The notes beneath the pieces are model-generated. The model searched no databases and was not told where the DNA came from. It saw only the letters and a program-made list of their open reading frames with translations. This document shows positions 40,406 to 50,807 of a DNA stretch of 64,000 bases, one piece after another; position 1 is the first letter of the stretch; every line of letters begins with the position of its first letter. The position numbers and the translations under genes are program-made. Origin of the DNA: Candidatus Wolframiiraptor gerlachensis (GTDB lineage Archaea > Thermoproteota > Nitrososphaeria_A > Caldarchaeales > Wolframiiraptoraceae); NCBI GenBank assembly GCA_021323375.2, contig JAJPCT020000026.1, forward strand, positions 8,574 through 72,573. The letters are read 5' to 3'.

Positions 40406-41224
40406 CTATCTCACGAGCAAGATCATGGCGGTAATGATAAGTGCTAGGGAGAATATTATCCTCAATGTCGGCGACCTGATTCTCCAAGCAGTGGATGCTC
40501 CGAGCTGGGTTCCAGCGATTATCCCGGGTGCGAGTGCGAGTAGCTCGATAAGCTTCACATGTCCTAGGAGTAGGTGGCCGATGGTCCCGGAGATGGCGGT
40601 GAGCGCTATCATTAGCGTTGAGGTCGCAATGGCCACATGCATGGGAGCTCCGAGATGATATAGCATGGGGACCTTTATGGTGCCGCCGCCCACGCCGAAG
40701 AATCCCGAGACGATCCCGGCGAGAAAGCTTGCAGGGAGGAGCTTCAACAAGTCCACTGAATATGTGAAAAGCTCGCCGCGCGAGTCGCTGAGAACCCTCC
40801 TCCAAACAGCGATCCCGTCGCCCCTCCTAGCCGCTTTCCCGCTAGATTGCGAGTTCTTCCTCAGGATCATTGAGAGCGCTAGGGCGATGAGGAAGATGGA
40901 GAATAGTATCTTCAGCGGATCAGGTGCGATGAGCCCCGTGAGCACCGCTCCTAGAAATGATCCCGGCATCGTCGTGGTCTCAGCGACCAGTGCGAGCCTC
41001 CAGTCGAGCCTACCCTGCCTATGATAGGCGAATGCTGCCAAGAATCCCGTGAAGGGTATAGCGGCCATGCTGGTCCCAATGGCGTGATGGGCGTCGAATC
41101 CCGCTAGAAGCATGAGGGCGGGAACGATGAGGAAGCCGCCGCCGAGGCCGAGCATTGCGCCGAGAAATCCTGCCAACAACCCCAGCAGGATTAATATGAT
41201 CAAGTAGATGAGAGCCTCGATCAA
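40406..41224 (-). CDS. TauE/SafE sulfite exporter family protein
   Basis: GLGGGFLIVP, AIGTS, GVGGGTIKVP and AIATS motifs. Confidence 0.9.
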   Translation of the reverse strand: MIEALIYLIILILLGLLAGFLGAMLGLGGGFLIVPALMLLAGFDAHHAIGTSMAAIPFTGFLAAFAYHRQGRLDWRLALVAETTTMPGSFLGAVLTGLIAPDPLKILFSIFLIALALSMILRKNSQSSGKAARRGDGIAVWRRVLSDSRGELFTYSVDLLKLLPASFLAGIVSGFFGVGGGTIKVPMLYHLGAPMHVAIATSTLMIALTAISGTIGHLLLGHVKLIELLALAPGIIAGTQLGASTAWRIRSPTLRIIFSLALIITAMILLVR

Positions 41225-41257
41225 CTTGATAAATCCCGCCTTAGCCCCTCTAAAGCC

Positions 41258-42349
41258 TTATCGCGTGATCTCTTGGGACTTGACGAACTCGTAGAGCTCT
41301 CTTGCACGCGGATCCTTTTCGAAATGCTCTCGGATGGGCTTTAGGAGCTGGTTTAATGCCTCTGCCACGCCCTCCTTGAGATCTGCTGGATGAAGCCTGC
41401 CCTCAACATAATCCTTCTCAAGCTCTTCATAGGAGTAATACTCGATGGGACCGCCATACTTGCTCGGCCTATCTATATGCAGCTTTCCAAGCTTCCTGAA
41501 AATAATGTACTTGGCGTATTCCAGTATGGGGTTGTTCTCGGCGGTTCTCGGCGGGCAGTAAGCTCTTCTGATCTTGCTCCTTATCGTTTCCTCATCATCA
41601 TGGGCGAAGATGCTGGTCTCCGGAATGCTCTTGCTCATCTTCGACGCTATCTGGAGATTCATCCGAGGATCATCCTCGAATCCCTTAAGCTCAGATGGCC
41701 CCTGAAGACCCATGAGCATATGATGATGGACTGCCACGGGCTTCTTGAATCCGAGCTTGGGCGCGAGCTCCCTCGCGAGGATATTTGCCCTCCTCTGATC
41801 AAGTCCGAGCTGGCATATCTCAACACCCATATAGAATATGTCCGAGACCTGCATCGCCGGATATATTATCTGGGCCGCCTCCTCCAGCTCCCCAGCAACC
41901 CTCCCCATTATCGGGAGAGCCCTCAATATCCTCTTTATCGTCACATTCTTCGCCACCCTTATAACGAGTTTCCAATAGTCGGGATCGGCTGCCAAGTCAC
42001 TGGCCCAAACGATCTCAACCTTGCTAAGATCTACTCCAGCAGCCTTCCAGACCTCGAGAAGATATTCCCCAACTCTTCTTATCTTCTCGAGATCACCTCC
42101 CATCTTATTGTTTATCATTGCATGCCAGTCCGCGAGAAGGAGTTTGAACCTGCATCCAGCCTCCAGCAGATCCTCAAGCTTTATGGGCCTTAGTAGGGCG
42201 AGGGGTAGATGAGCTAAGCCACTGGGCTCGAAGCCGTCATACGCTACTGGATGCTCATTTACCTCAAGCAACATCCTGAGCTCCTCCGGCGTGATGACCT
42301 CCTCGGTCGGCGGCCGCATTATGAGCTTCATCCTCGTCTCCAGATCCAT
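41258..42349 (-). CDS. tyrS: Tyrosine-tRNA ligase
   Basis: YDGFEPSG.AH, LADWHA, YPAMQVSDI, GLDQR, KMSKS and LHPADLK motifs. Confidence 0.96.
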   Translation of the reverse strand: MDLETRMKLIMRPPTEEVITPEELRMLLEVNEHPVAYDGFEPSGLAHLPLALLRPIKLEDLLEAGCRFKLLLADWHAMINNKMGGDLEKIRRVGEYLLEVWKAAGVDLSKVEIVWASDLAADPDYWKLVIRVAKNVTIKRILRALPIMGRVAGELEEAAQIIYPAMQVSDIFYMGVEICQLGLDQRRANILARELAPKLGFKKPVAVHHHMLMGLQGPSELKGFEDDPRMNLQIASKMSKSIPETSIFAHDDEETIRSKIRRAYCPPRTAENNPILEYAKYIIFRKLGKLHIDRPSKYGGPIEYYSYEELEKDYVEGRLHPADLKEGVAEALNQLLKPIREHFEKDPRARELYEFVKSQEITR

Positions 42350-42679
42350 TTTAGCCCCCAGTAACCCGACTAAAAGCCTAGAGAAAAATATGCCTTCCTA
42401 CGGCCCAGTGGAGGGGTTATTCTCTTTTAGGAGTATTGCCAGCTATGGCCAAAGACCGGGCATGACGGAGAAAAAGCCTGCTCAACCAGTCCTAGGCGAA
42501 AAACAAGCCTTCCCGGAGCCCTTTCCATAAAGCCTCCTCCTAAGATCGTTTCACCACGCTGAAGATCTTCGATTCAAGTCCACTTATTTTCCTCACGCGA
42601 TGATAGGCTCATTCCGGAGATCACCTCAACCCTTAAATCAATCGAGTGGCTTGAAGATGTAATTGGGGAGTATAGAAAG

Positions 42680-45367
42680 TTGAAGGATAACTCAAGAAAA
42701 TTAGAGTTCCCGGTTAAGAAGGTCATTAAGCGAGATGGAAGAATAGTCGACTTTGACCCGACTAGGATACGTGAAGCTATAAGAAAGGCGATGGTCCACG
42801 TCAACCGCTATGACGAGGAGAGTCTGAACAAAGTCGTCGAATACGTCTTGAAGATAATCGCGGAGAAATATGGGGCCGAGAAGATACCACATGTCGAGGA
42901 GATACAAGATATAGTCGAGCTAAGCCTCGTAAAATTCGACCTCTACGAGGTCGCGAAGGCGTACATCCTATACAGAAAGGAGAGGGAGAGGATTAGAGAA
43001 GAGAAGAAGAGAATACTTGAGAAGGATCATGTTGATGAGGTTGACAAGGCCTTTAGCCTTAATGCCCTCCGTCTTATGGCAAGTAGATATCTCCTGAGGG
43101 ATGAGAGCGGCAGGCTGAGGGAGACGCCGAAGCAGATGTTCCAGAGAGTTGCAGCCCTAATAGTCATCCCAGACATACTCCATGATCCCCGGATCTTTGA
43201 TAGAGACTTCGGCCAGAAGGAGCATCCACAAGAGGACTTCGACTCAGTGAAATATGAGGGGAGGCTAGGCCTCGGCAAGAAGCCGGATGGATCATTTGAG
43301 GTAACTTGGAATAGATGGCACCTAGAACGAATGAAGTATCTCTATGATGAGTTGAACCGGGAGAGGGCAATGAAGGTCTCTTGGAGCGAATTCCTCAAGA
43401 TGCTCGAGGCGGGCGAGTTCGAGGGCTACTACGAGAACTTCCTCCAATACTATCAGCTTATGGTGAGCAAGAGGTTTATCCCGAATAGCCCAACACTCTT
43501 CAACGCTGGCACAAGGCTGGGCCAGCTCAGCGCGTGCTTCGTCCTACACATAGACGATAACCTAGAGTCGATAATGGATGCCGCGAAGCATGCAGCCCTA
43601 ATATTCAAGTCGGGTGGAGGCGTAGGCATAAACTACTCCAGGCTAAGGCCTGAGGGGGACATCGTCTTCTCAACATTCGGCGTTGCATCAGGCCCAGTCT
43701 CATTCATGAGAATAATAGACACCGTGACAGATGTGGTTAAGCAGGGCGGGAAGAGGCGTGGAGCAAACATGGGGATACTCGAGATATGGCACCCCGACAT
43801 CGAGACATTCATAAAGGCGAAGGAGCGGGAGGGCTTCCTCGAGAACTTCAACATATCCGTCCTGATCACGCCGGACTTCTGGGAACATTATGAGCAGGGC
43901 AAACCATACCCGCTAAGAAACCCAAGGGATGGAAAGATCTGGAGAACCATAGACCCGGCAAGGCTACTCAGAACAATCGCCGAGATGGCATGGAAGACAG
44001 GCGATCCAGGCGTCCTCTTTCAAGATAACATGAACAAACACAACATATTCTTAGAGAAACTCGGGCCCATAAGATCGACGAATCCATGTGGCGAACAGCC
44101 GCTTTACCCGTTTGAGTCCTGCAATCTTGGGAGCGTGAATGTTTACGCATTTGTTAGGCATGGTGAGTCGGGGCCGTATTTTGATTGGGATGGGCTTGCG
44201 GAGACTGTGAGGCTTGCTGTCAGGTTCCTCGACAACGTGATAGATGTGAACAAGTATCCGTTGAAACAGATAGAATATAGGACGAAGAGGTCAAGGAGGA
44301 TAGGTCTCGGCGTCATGGGGGTTGCGGATGCATTATTCGCGCTCAGGATACCGTATAACAGTGAGGAGGGCTTCCGCTTCATGAGCAGGCTCGCGGAGTT
44401 TATTGCCTATCACGCCTATCTCGCAAGCGTTGAGCTCGCCAAGGAGCGCGGCCCATTCCCGCTCTACTGGGACTCGGCATACCCGAAGGGAGAGCTCCCG
44501 ATCGAGGGATTCTATCATCCCGAGGAGTGGACATTGAACTGGAATAAGCTTGTCGAGGAGATAAAGAAGCATGGGATAAGGAATAGCCACGTAACCACGA
44601 TCGCGCCGACAGGCAGCATCTCGATGCTCGTCGACGTCTCATCCGGGCTGGAGCCGCAGTTCGCCCTAGTATATGAGAAGCGCGTAACCGTTGGAACATT
44701 CTACTACGTAGACATAGAGTTTGAGAGGCAGTTGAAGGAGCGTGGCCTCCTGAATGACGTCATACTAAAGAAGGTGGCTGAGAATGGTGGATCCGTTCAG
44801 GGCATCGAGGAGATCCCGGAGGATATGAGGAGGGTCTTTCTTGTCGCCTATGATATACCTTGGTGGGATCATGTTAGGGCACAATACGAGTTCCAGAAGT
44901 GGGTTGATGCATCGGTCAGCAAGACAATAAACATGCCAGCATGGGTTACGGTTGATGATGTCCTGAAGGCATATCTCTTTGCCTATAAGCTTGGGCTGAA
45001 GGGTATAACAATCTACAGGGATACATCTAAGTCCGCGCAGGTTTTGGTCACGCCGACGCAAAGGCTCTCAAAATACATCGCCCTAACCCCCAACAAGACT
45101 CTCGAGCTCATGAGGTCACTCGGGATCGAGCCACCCGCCGTTAGCGTCCAAGAGGTAGATGATGTCGAGCGTAAGAAGAGGGTACTCCAAGTAGCGTATG
45201 CGGGTGGAGAACATGCGGAGATAGAGGTTGAGAAAGCCGTCAGCAGTAAATCGGTCAAGAAGGAGCCATATGAGAGATGCCCCGAATGTGGAAGCCCGAA
45301 CCTCATCTATCAAGAAGGCTGCGTTAAGTGTATGGACTGCGGGTGGACAAGCTGCCTAGTCACCTAG
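42680..45367 (+). CDS. nrdJ: Adenosylcobalamin-dependent (class II) ribonucleotide reductase with ATP cone
   Basis: VIKRDG ATP cone, PNSPTLFNAG, LSACFV, TNPCGE, IAPTGSIS, SVSKTIN and a C-terminal CPECG..CMDCG zinc finger. Confidence 0.95.
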   Translation: MKDNSRKLEFPVKKVIKRDGRIVDFDPTRIREAIRKAMVHVNRYDEESLNKVVEYVLKIIAEKYGAEKIPHVEEIQDIVELSLVKFDLYEVAKAYILYRKERERIREEKKRILEKDHVDEVDKAFSLNALRLMASRYLLRDESGRLRETPKQMFQRVAALIVIPDILHDPRIFDRDFGQKEHPQEDFDSVKYEGRLGLGKKPDGSFEVTWNRWHLERMKYLYDELNRERAMKVSWSEFLKMLEAGEFEGYYENFLQYYQLMVSKRFIPNSPTLFNAGTRLGQLSACFVLHIDDNLESIMDAAKHAALIFKSGGGVGINYSRLRPEGDIVFSTFGVASGPVSFMRIIDTVTDVVKQGGKRRGANMGILEIWHPDIETFIKAKEREGFLENFNISVLITPDFWEHYEQGKPYPLRNPRDGKIWRTIDPARLLRTIAEMAWKTGDPGVLFQDNMNKHNIFLEKLGPIRSTNPCGEQPLYPFESCNLGSVNVYAFVRHGESGPYFDWDGLAETVRLAVRFLDNVIDVNKYPLKQIEYRTKRSRRIGLGVMGVADALFALRIPYNSEEGFRFMSRLAEFIAYHAYLASVELAKERGPFPLYWDSAYPKGELPIEGFYHPEEWTLNWNKLVEEIKKHGIRNSHVTTIAPTGSISMLVDVSSGLEPQFALVYEKRVTVGTFYYVDIEFERQLKERGLLNDVILKKVAENGGSVQGIEEIPEDMRRVFLVAYDIPWWDHVRAQYEFQKWVDASVSKTINMPAWVTVDDVLKAYLFAYKLGLKGITIYRDTSKSAQVLVTPTQRLSKYIALTPNKTLELMRSLGIEPPAVSVQEVDDVERKKRVLQVAYAGGEHAEIEVEKAVSSKSVKKEPYERCPECGSPNLIYQEGCVKCMDCGWTSCLVT

Positions 45368-45430
45368 AATTTGAGAATAAACTCGTAATCGCTAATAAGT
45401 GGATGGCGCGGGATCAGGCTAGGAGCATCC

Positions 45431-46522
45431 ATGAGTAAGCAGATCTATGCCTCTGACAAGATAAAGCAGGCTGTGCTCGAGCGCCTCAAGAAACTTGGAG
45501 AGCGTGTTGTATCCGACTTGGAAAGGGGGGCCTTCCCGAGGCTCGAGATCCCGGCGAGAACTACCTCAAACATAGTGTATGATGAGAGGTTGAGACAGTA
45601 TGTGCTCGGGAGCAGGAGGATGGAGAGAACCGCGAGGAATGTCCGGCACCTGAGGCCATTTGCCCAGCTCCTCTGGATAGCCGCATTCGCCAAGCAGCTC
45701 ATCCAGCGGGGTAAAACATCAACGCTCAGGGACACCTACTACGTCGCGATAGGCGAGGGAATAGACTTCGAGGATCAAGATGAGAGCGATGAGCTGATAA
45801 TGCAGCTTGAATCAATCTTAGACTTCCCGAGAGAGGACTTCAATATATTCCCGGAGGAGAGGGCGTCAATATACGGGGATCTCGTGATAGAGTATACGGT
45901 GCCGGGCTTCCGTGGAAAGAGGATAGATCTCTCAGCGCATCCTGATGGTTTCGCCATAGGCCCGGCGCTGACGACAGCCGAGTTCGTCAAGTGCGGAGCC
46001 GAGCAGGTCTTCGTGATAGAGAAGGGCGCGGTCTTCGCGAGATTCGTAGAAGAGGGAGCTGACAAGAAATACAAGGCGATACTGATACATACGGCGGGCC
46101 AGTCGCCAAGAAATTGTAGGAAGCTGATAAGACGTCTTCACGATGAGCTGAACCTGCCGATATACGTCTTCACGGATGCGGATCCATGGGGAGTCCACAT
46201 CGCGAGCGTCCTTATACATGGCTCAGCTCTCAGCGCCCACATAAAGGAGATAAACGTGCCTGATGCGGTCTGGGCGGGGGTGTGGCCCAGCGACATAAGA
46301 AGATACAAGCTCCCATCCATGAAACTCTCCGAACGCGATATCAAGCGGATCCAGGAGCTCGAGAATGATCCAAGATATCAGAATGACCCGTGGAGGAGGG
46401 AGATAAAGGAGTTCTGGAAGATTAAGAGGAAGGCGGAGCTGGAGGCATTCAGCAGATATGGCCTCGAGTTCATAGTGGAGGAGTTCCTGCCTGAGAGACT
46501 TGCAGAGCTCCAGAAACGCTAA
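45431..46522 (+). CDS. top6A: DNA topoisomerase VI subunit A
   Basis: STLRDTYY catalytic Tyr, FEDQDESD, VIEK, FTDADPWG and KAELEA motifs. Confidence 0.95.
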   Translation: MSKQIYASDKIKQAVLERLKKLGERVVSDLERGAFPRLEIPARTTSNIVYDERLRQYVLGSRRMERTARNVRHLRPFAQLLWIAAFAKQLIQRGKTSTLRDTYYVAIGEGIDFEDQDESDELIMQLESILDFPREDFNIFPEERASIYGDLVIEYTVPGFRGKRIDLSAHPDGFAIGPALTTAEFVKCGAEQVFVIEKGAVFARFVEEGADKKYKAILIHTAGQSPRNCRKLIRRLHDELNLPIYVFTDADPWGVHIASVLIHGSALSAHIKEINVPDAVWAGVWPSDIRRYKLPSMKLSERDIKRIQELENDPRYQNDPWRREIKEFWKIKRKAELEAFSRYGLEFIVEEFLPERLAELQKR

Positions 46523-46556
46523 AGAGGGAAAATAGCTATACGCATTGATTTCAAGT

Positions 46557-47407
46557 TTACCTGACCGAAGCCCATGCGTAAGGCCTCTGATCAAGTATTT
46601 CTGGATCGCTATTGCCAACACTATCACCGGTATTGAGATTATTACTCCGGCGGCGGCTAGTGGTCCCCAGAGGATCCCATACTGGTTGGAGAAGTAGGCG
46701 GCGAAGACCGTCAATGGCATGGCAGCCTCTCCAGGCGCTAGAAGCAGCGGTATCAGGAACTCCGCCCAGCTGAATAGGAAGGCGAATATTGCCGCGGTTG
46801 CCAGCCCACCCGAAGCCTGCGGCAAGACGATCTTATAGAATACCTGCCACTCATTACATCCATCAAGCATCGCCGCCTCCTCAGTCTCCTTTGGGACACT
46901 CTTAAGAGCGCCTATCATGAACCATGTCGTTATCGGGAGCGTCACCAGCGGGTAGACTAGTACAAGGCCTCCGAGCGTGTTGTAGAGCCCAACGGTTCTT
47001 GTTAAGACGACGAGGGGGTATAGTATGGCGACCGCCGGTATCATTCTCAGGCTTAGAATCCAGTTGGCGAATGCTGATCCGCCGGCACGGTATCTAAGTA
47101 TCGCGTAAGCTGTCATCGCGCCAAGGATGCATGTTACAAGCGATACGCAGATTGATACAATCAGGCTATTCATCAGATACCGGCCTATTGGCGGGAAATG
47201 TCCTCTAACGCCATAGATCCCGCCCGTGACAAGCACCTCGAAGTAGTTCCTGAGCGTCGGCTCCCTAGGTATGAGCTCGGGAGTCGCCCACTCGCCTATA
47301 GGCTTGAAGGATGTGGCGATCATCCATATAAATGGTGTCAGGTATGCGATGCATAGTAGCCAGCAGGCAAGAGTGACGATGATAGTGAGTATATGGGTTC
47401 TCCTCAT
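46557..47407 (-). CDS. Carbohydrate ABC transporter permease (3' end apparently frameshifted)
   Basis: NSLIVS, LRMIP, EEAAMLDG, WAEFL and QKYLIRGLT motifs. The ORF-track read-through to 46223 is probably an indel artefact; the nearest plausible stop is TAA at 46557-59. Confidence 0.88.
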
Positions 47408-47411
47408 TCTC

Positions 47412-48305
47412 TCACCCCCATATTATCTTCTCAACCTTGAATAGTCTCATGAGGGTCATCATGACTAGTGTTATGGCCATTGCGAGCAGGATTACGGAGA
47501 GGAGGGCGGCATAGCCGATATTTGCCTTAGCAGCTGTTAGTGTGAACCCGACCTTGTATATGTAGAATGGCAGCGTCGTCGTGATGTTTCCCGGGCCTCC
47601 GAAGGTCAGCATATAGATTATGTCGAAGATCCTCAGGGAGTCTATTAGTCGTAGTAGGGCTATCACCATTATAACCGTCTTCGCCATCGGAAGGACTATG
47701 TGCCTTAATAGGCTCAAACCCGTCGCGCCATCGAGGGAGGCGGCCTCCCGTATATCGGCGGGAACGCTTTCAATACCACTAGCGACAGCTAGCATAACGA
47801 AGGGAGTCCACTGCCATATATCCAGAACAGCCAGAACGAAAATTACGTTGAATGGATCGCCGAATGGTGCGCTGAGCCATGGCTGCGGGAGCAATCCAAC
47901 AGACTGGAGGAAAGCATTCAGCGGCCCGTATGTAAAGAAGATCATCTTCCAGTTCAAGCCTACTATTACGGCAGGTATGCTCATCGGGATCAGCATTAAT
48001 GATCTTATGAGGATCTTCCCCTGAAGATATCTTGATGTGAAGATTATCGCCAGCAGTACCCCCAGCCCAACCTGAGTCGGGACAGTAATCGCTGTCAGGA
48101 GAAACATGATCCCAATAGCATACCATGCTTCAGGATCATTTGCGAATGTCATGAAATTATCAAGGCCCGCGAATCTCGGAGCGAAGTCAACTAATGGGTT
48201 AAAGCTCTGAAACATCATGTAATAGAGGTAGATTGTTGGATAGATCGTCAACATCAGCAGAAGAATTAGCGCGGGCAGTATCAAGGGAAGCACGCCACGC
48301 CTCAT
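47412..48305 (-). CDS. Carbohydrate ABC transporter permease
   Basis: GLDNF, DIWQWTPF, EAASLDGA, LRIFD and T.GGPG motifs. Confidence 0.92.
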   Translation of the reverse strand: MRRGVLPLILPALILLLMLTIYPTIYLYYMMFQSFNPLVDFAPRFAGLDNFMTFANDPEAWYAIGIMFLLTAITVPTQVGLGVLLAIIFTSRYLQGKILIRSLMLIPMSIPAVIVGLNWKMIFFTYGPLNAFLQSVGLLPQPWLSAPFGDPFNVIFVLAVLDIWQWTPFVMLAVASGIESVPADIREAASLDGATGLSLLRHIVLPMAKTVIMVIALLRLIDSLRIFDIIYMLTFGGPGNITTTLPFYIYKVGFTLTAAKANIGYAALLSVILLAMAITLVMMTLMRLFKVEKIIWG

Positions 48306-48417
48306 TTTCTCAACACTATGCAGTTTTAGTGAATTATTCCTCATTTAAAGATTTGCGAGAACTATATTAGACGGAATGAAAAGCCTTATAAGCTTCCGAG
48401 AAATTATGATAATTGCT

Positions 48418-49923
48418 ATGTCCCGTGAAAAAGAACCTCATCCACTCTTTAATGAAAAGATATCGAGAAGGGAGGCGCTCTCTAGGGCGGCTAAGATCGC
48501 TATCGCGGCTGGAGTAGCTGCAGTGGCGGCTGGTGTCGGCGGCTATCTGGGCTGGCAGTATCTCGCAAAGCCTAAGGCGAAGATTCGTGTTGTCGCGATC
48601 GCGCACGCCGCCCCAGGCATGAAGGCTGTTGCCGAGGAGGACTTCATGAAAGCTTACCCGAATATTGAGGTTGAAACACTTCTATTCGACTGGGAGACTG
48701 GTAGGGACAGGCAGCTTCATGAATTCGCAACACGCGCGGGCGAATATGATGTCGTAATGTGGGACTGCATTTACACCGGCGCGTTCGCGCCCCACTGTTA
48801 TCCGATTGATGAGCTAAGGGCAAAGTACCCAGATGCCGAGATCTTCAAGGATTACGGCGACTTCCTTCCAACCATTGATAGGAGATACATGCAGTGGGAG
48901 GGCAGGAGAATAGGATATGTGATCTGCGCGAACGTCATGGCAATGTTCTATCGAAAGGATCTCTGGGAGGATCCAAGGATCAAGGATATGTATAGGAAGT
49001 GGATAGACAAGAACCTCGCAGACCTGCAGGCCAAGGCTCCTGAGATAGGTCTCGACCCAAAGAAGATACCAACAGAGCTGAAGGTCCCAACCGTGCTAGA
49101 GGATGTCTATGCCATTGGAAGGTTCTTCACTAGGAAGTTTAACCCCGACTCACCAGTTGAGGCTGGCAACACGATAATGGCGATGAGGACGCATACGATC
49201 CACTGGGAGTATGCTTGGCTCTTTGCTCAGTGGAGGAACTCGCCGGAGGGCAAGGCGAAGTGCGGCGAACTCAAGGAGCCATGGGGAGGCCTCTTCACGG
49301 AAGATGGCAGGATAGCATTCGACCCCGATGTCACTGACATGGGCGTTAAGGTGCTAAAGATGTTTAAGGAGTTCTGCGAATACGTGCCAAACCCGATGCA
49401 GACCGAGTGGTCAGAATGCATGGAGCTGCTCGGCAGAGGCCATGCAGCAATGTGGGCCGGATCATGGGCCTCAACATTCATAGACTTTATCGAGAAGGCT
49501 CCTGAGGAGTACCCGGAGACTGCTGGTAAGATCTGGGTGGCCCCGGCACCGGGAGTCCCGATAGATGGAACATGGCAGGTTGGTGTTAACAGGTACTCGA
49601 AGTACCCGAAGGAGGCTTGGCTCTACTGCCAGTACCTCGTGCTCCGCGAGTCAGCGATAAAGCAGTGGAAGGTCTCATCCTCATTCCCAGGCCGCCGCTC
49701 CGTGATAGAGGAGCTCGCACCACAGTATCCAGGCATATTCAAGGAGGTCTTCCTAGACTCACTACTCAGAGCCGACTTCAGGAACTATGTCCCAGAGAAC
49801 CCGATGCTCGAGGACTCAATAGCCAAGTGGGTCACAGAATACGTGGCCGGCAGAATCGACGCCGAGACAGCCATACGCGAACTAACAAAGGAGTGGAAGA
49901 GCATTCTCAAGCTCTCCTACTAG
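48418..49923 (+). CDS. Carbohydrate ABC transporter substrate-binding protein with Tat signal
   Basis: ISRREAL twin-arginine signal plus TM; YDVV, MFYRKDL and SKYPKEAW motifs. Confidence 0.88.
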   Translation: MSREKEPHPLFNEKISRREALSRAAKIAIAAGVAAVAAGVGGYLGWQYLAKPKAKIRVVAIAHAAPGMKAVAEEDFMKAYPNIEVETLLFDWETGRDRQLHEFATRAGEYDVVMWDCIYTGAFAPHCYPIDELRAKYPDAEIFKDYGDFLPTIDRRYMQWEGRRIGYVICANVMAMFYRKDLWEDPRIKDMYRKWIDKNLADLQAKAPEIGLDPKKIPTELKVPTVLEDVYAIGRFFTRKFNPDSPVEAGNTIMAMRTHTIHWEYAWLFAQWRNSPEGKAKCGELKEPWGGLFTEDGRIAFDPDVTDMGVKVLKMFKEFCEYVPNPMQTEWSECMELLGRGHAAMWAGSWASTFIDFIEKAPEEYPETAGKIWVAPAPGVPIDGTWQVGVNRYSKYPKEAWLYCQYLVLRESAIKQWKVSSSFPGRRSVIEELAPQYPGIFKEVFLDSLLRADFRNYVPENPMLEDSIAKWVTEYVAGRIDAETAIRELTKEWKSILKLSY

Positions 49924-49933
49924 CTCCACAAAT

Positions 49934-49958
49934 TCTCTCCCCCATTTTTCTCTTTTTT
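49934..49958 (+). terminator. Pyrimidine/oligo-T terminator after the SBP gene
   Basis: TCTCTCCCCCATTTTTCTCTTTTTT directly after the stop. Confidence 0.55.
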
Positions 49959-50012
49959 GAAGGGGGGCTTAAGCTAAATACGCCTTGTGGTGATTCTTAG
50001 GCTGGCTGAGGA

Positions 50013-50807
50013 TTGAGGTTTATTCTGGGATGGCCTGCCCTGCTGATCGAGAAGCCTGTTAGATCATTAATAGTTGCTGATGTTCATTTCGGCTTTGAGG
50101 CGGAGCTTGCGGAGAAGGGTATCAGGGTTCCCAGCCAGACCTGGAGGCTTGAGAGAAGCATCATCGAGCTCTTCGAGGAAACAGGTGCCGAGAGGCTGAT
50201 ATTTCTAGGAGACTTGAAACACATGGTCCCATTATCCTCTTGGATCGAGTGGAGGGAGATGCCTGAGGCGATTAGGAGGATGCGTGAGCTCGGTGTTGAG
50301 ATAATCCTCGTTCCCGGAAATCACGATGGTGATGTGGATAGGATTCTAGGAGACTTGGTCTCGTATCAGCCTTCAAGGGGCATGCTTCTTGAGGGGAGGC
50401 GGAGGATATACCTCCTCCACGGACATGCTTGGCCTGATGAGCGGGTTCTAGAGGCCGATGTGATAGTGATGGGCCATCTCCACCCGGTCGTGAGCCTGAG
50501 GACTGATATAGGCTCGGTCATAAGCAGGAAGGCCTGGCTATATCTTCGCGGCGATAAGAGGAGGCTTGCCGAGAAGCTGGGGATAAGCACGAGGAGGAGG
50601 GGTGGGATAGACTTGATAGTGATGCCGGCTTTCAACCCGATAGTATCCGGCTTATCCGTGAACAGTCTTCAGCCTCAGGAGAAGCTCTGGCCCCTAGTGA
50701 GGAGCGGCGCATTCGACCTCGACCAAGCCGAGGCGATAACGCTTGAGGGCGAGCGCCTCGGATATATAGGATACTTGAGGAGACTTCTACTGGAGCAGGA
50801 GGCTTGA
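50013..50807 (+). CDS. Metallophosphoesterase (ICC-like, Lhr/ligase-associated type)
   Basis: ADVHFG.E, GDLKH, PGNHD, HGH, MGHLHP and MPAFN motifs. Confidence 0.88.
   Translation: MRFILGWPALLIEKPVRSLIVADVHFGFEAELAEKGIRVPSQTWRLERSIIELFEETGAERLIFLGDLKHMVPLSSWIEWREMPEAIRRMRELGVEIILVPGNHDGDVDRILGDLVSYQPSRGMLLEGRRRIYLLHGHAWPDERVLEADVIVMGHLHPVVSLRTDIGSVISRKAWLYLRGDKRRLAEKLGISTRRRGGIDLIVMPAFNPIVSGLSVNSLQPQEKLWPLVRSGAFDLDQAEAITLEGERLGYIGYLRRLLLEQEA

Noticed and set aside
41390-42193. 267-aa + strand ORF and similar long antisense ORFs (e.g. 6419-6955, 27686-28180, 40314-40805)
   Set aside because: They are shadows of well-supported genes on the opposite strand or in another frame, with no recognisable motifs.
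42350-42679. 330-bp gap upstream of B12-dependent nrdJ as a riboswitch or sRNA
   Set aside because: No cobalamin riboswitch consensus or strong helices are visible; it is treated as a divergent promoter region.
42680-45367. Inteins in nrdJ (also checked radA and top6A)
   Set aside because: Lengths are normal and no C/S...HN-C/S/T splice junctions interrupt the conserved motifs.
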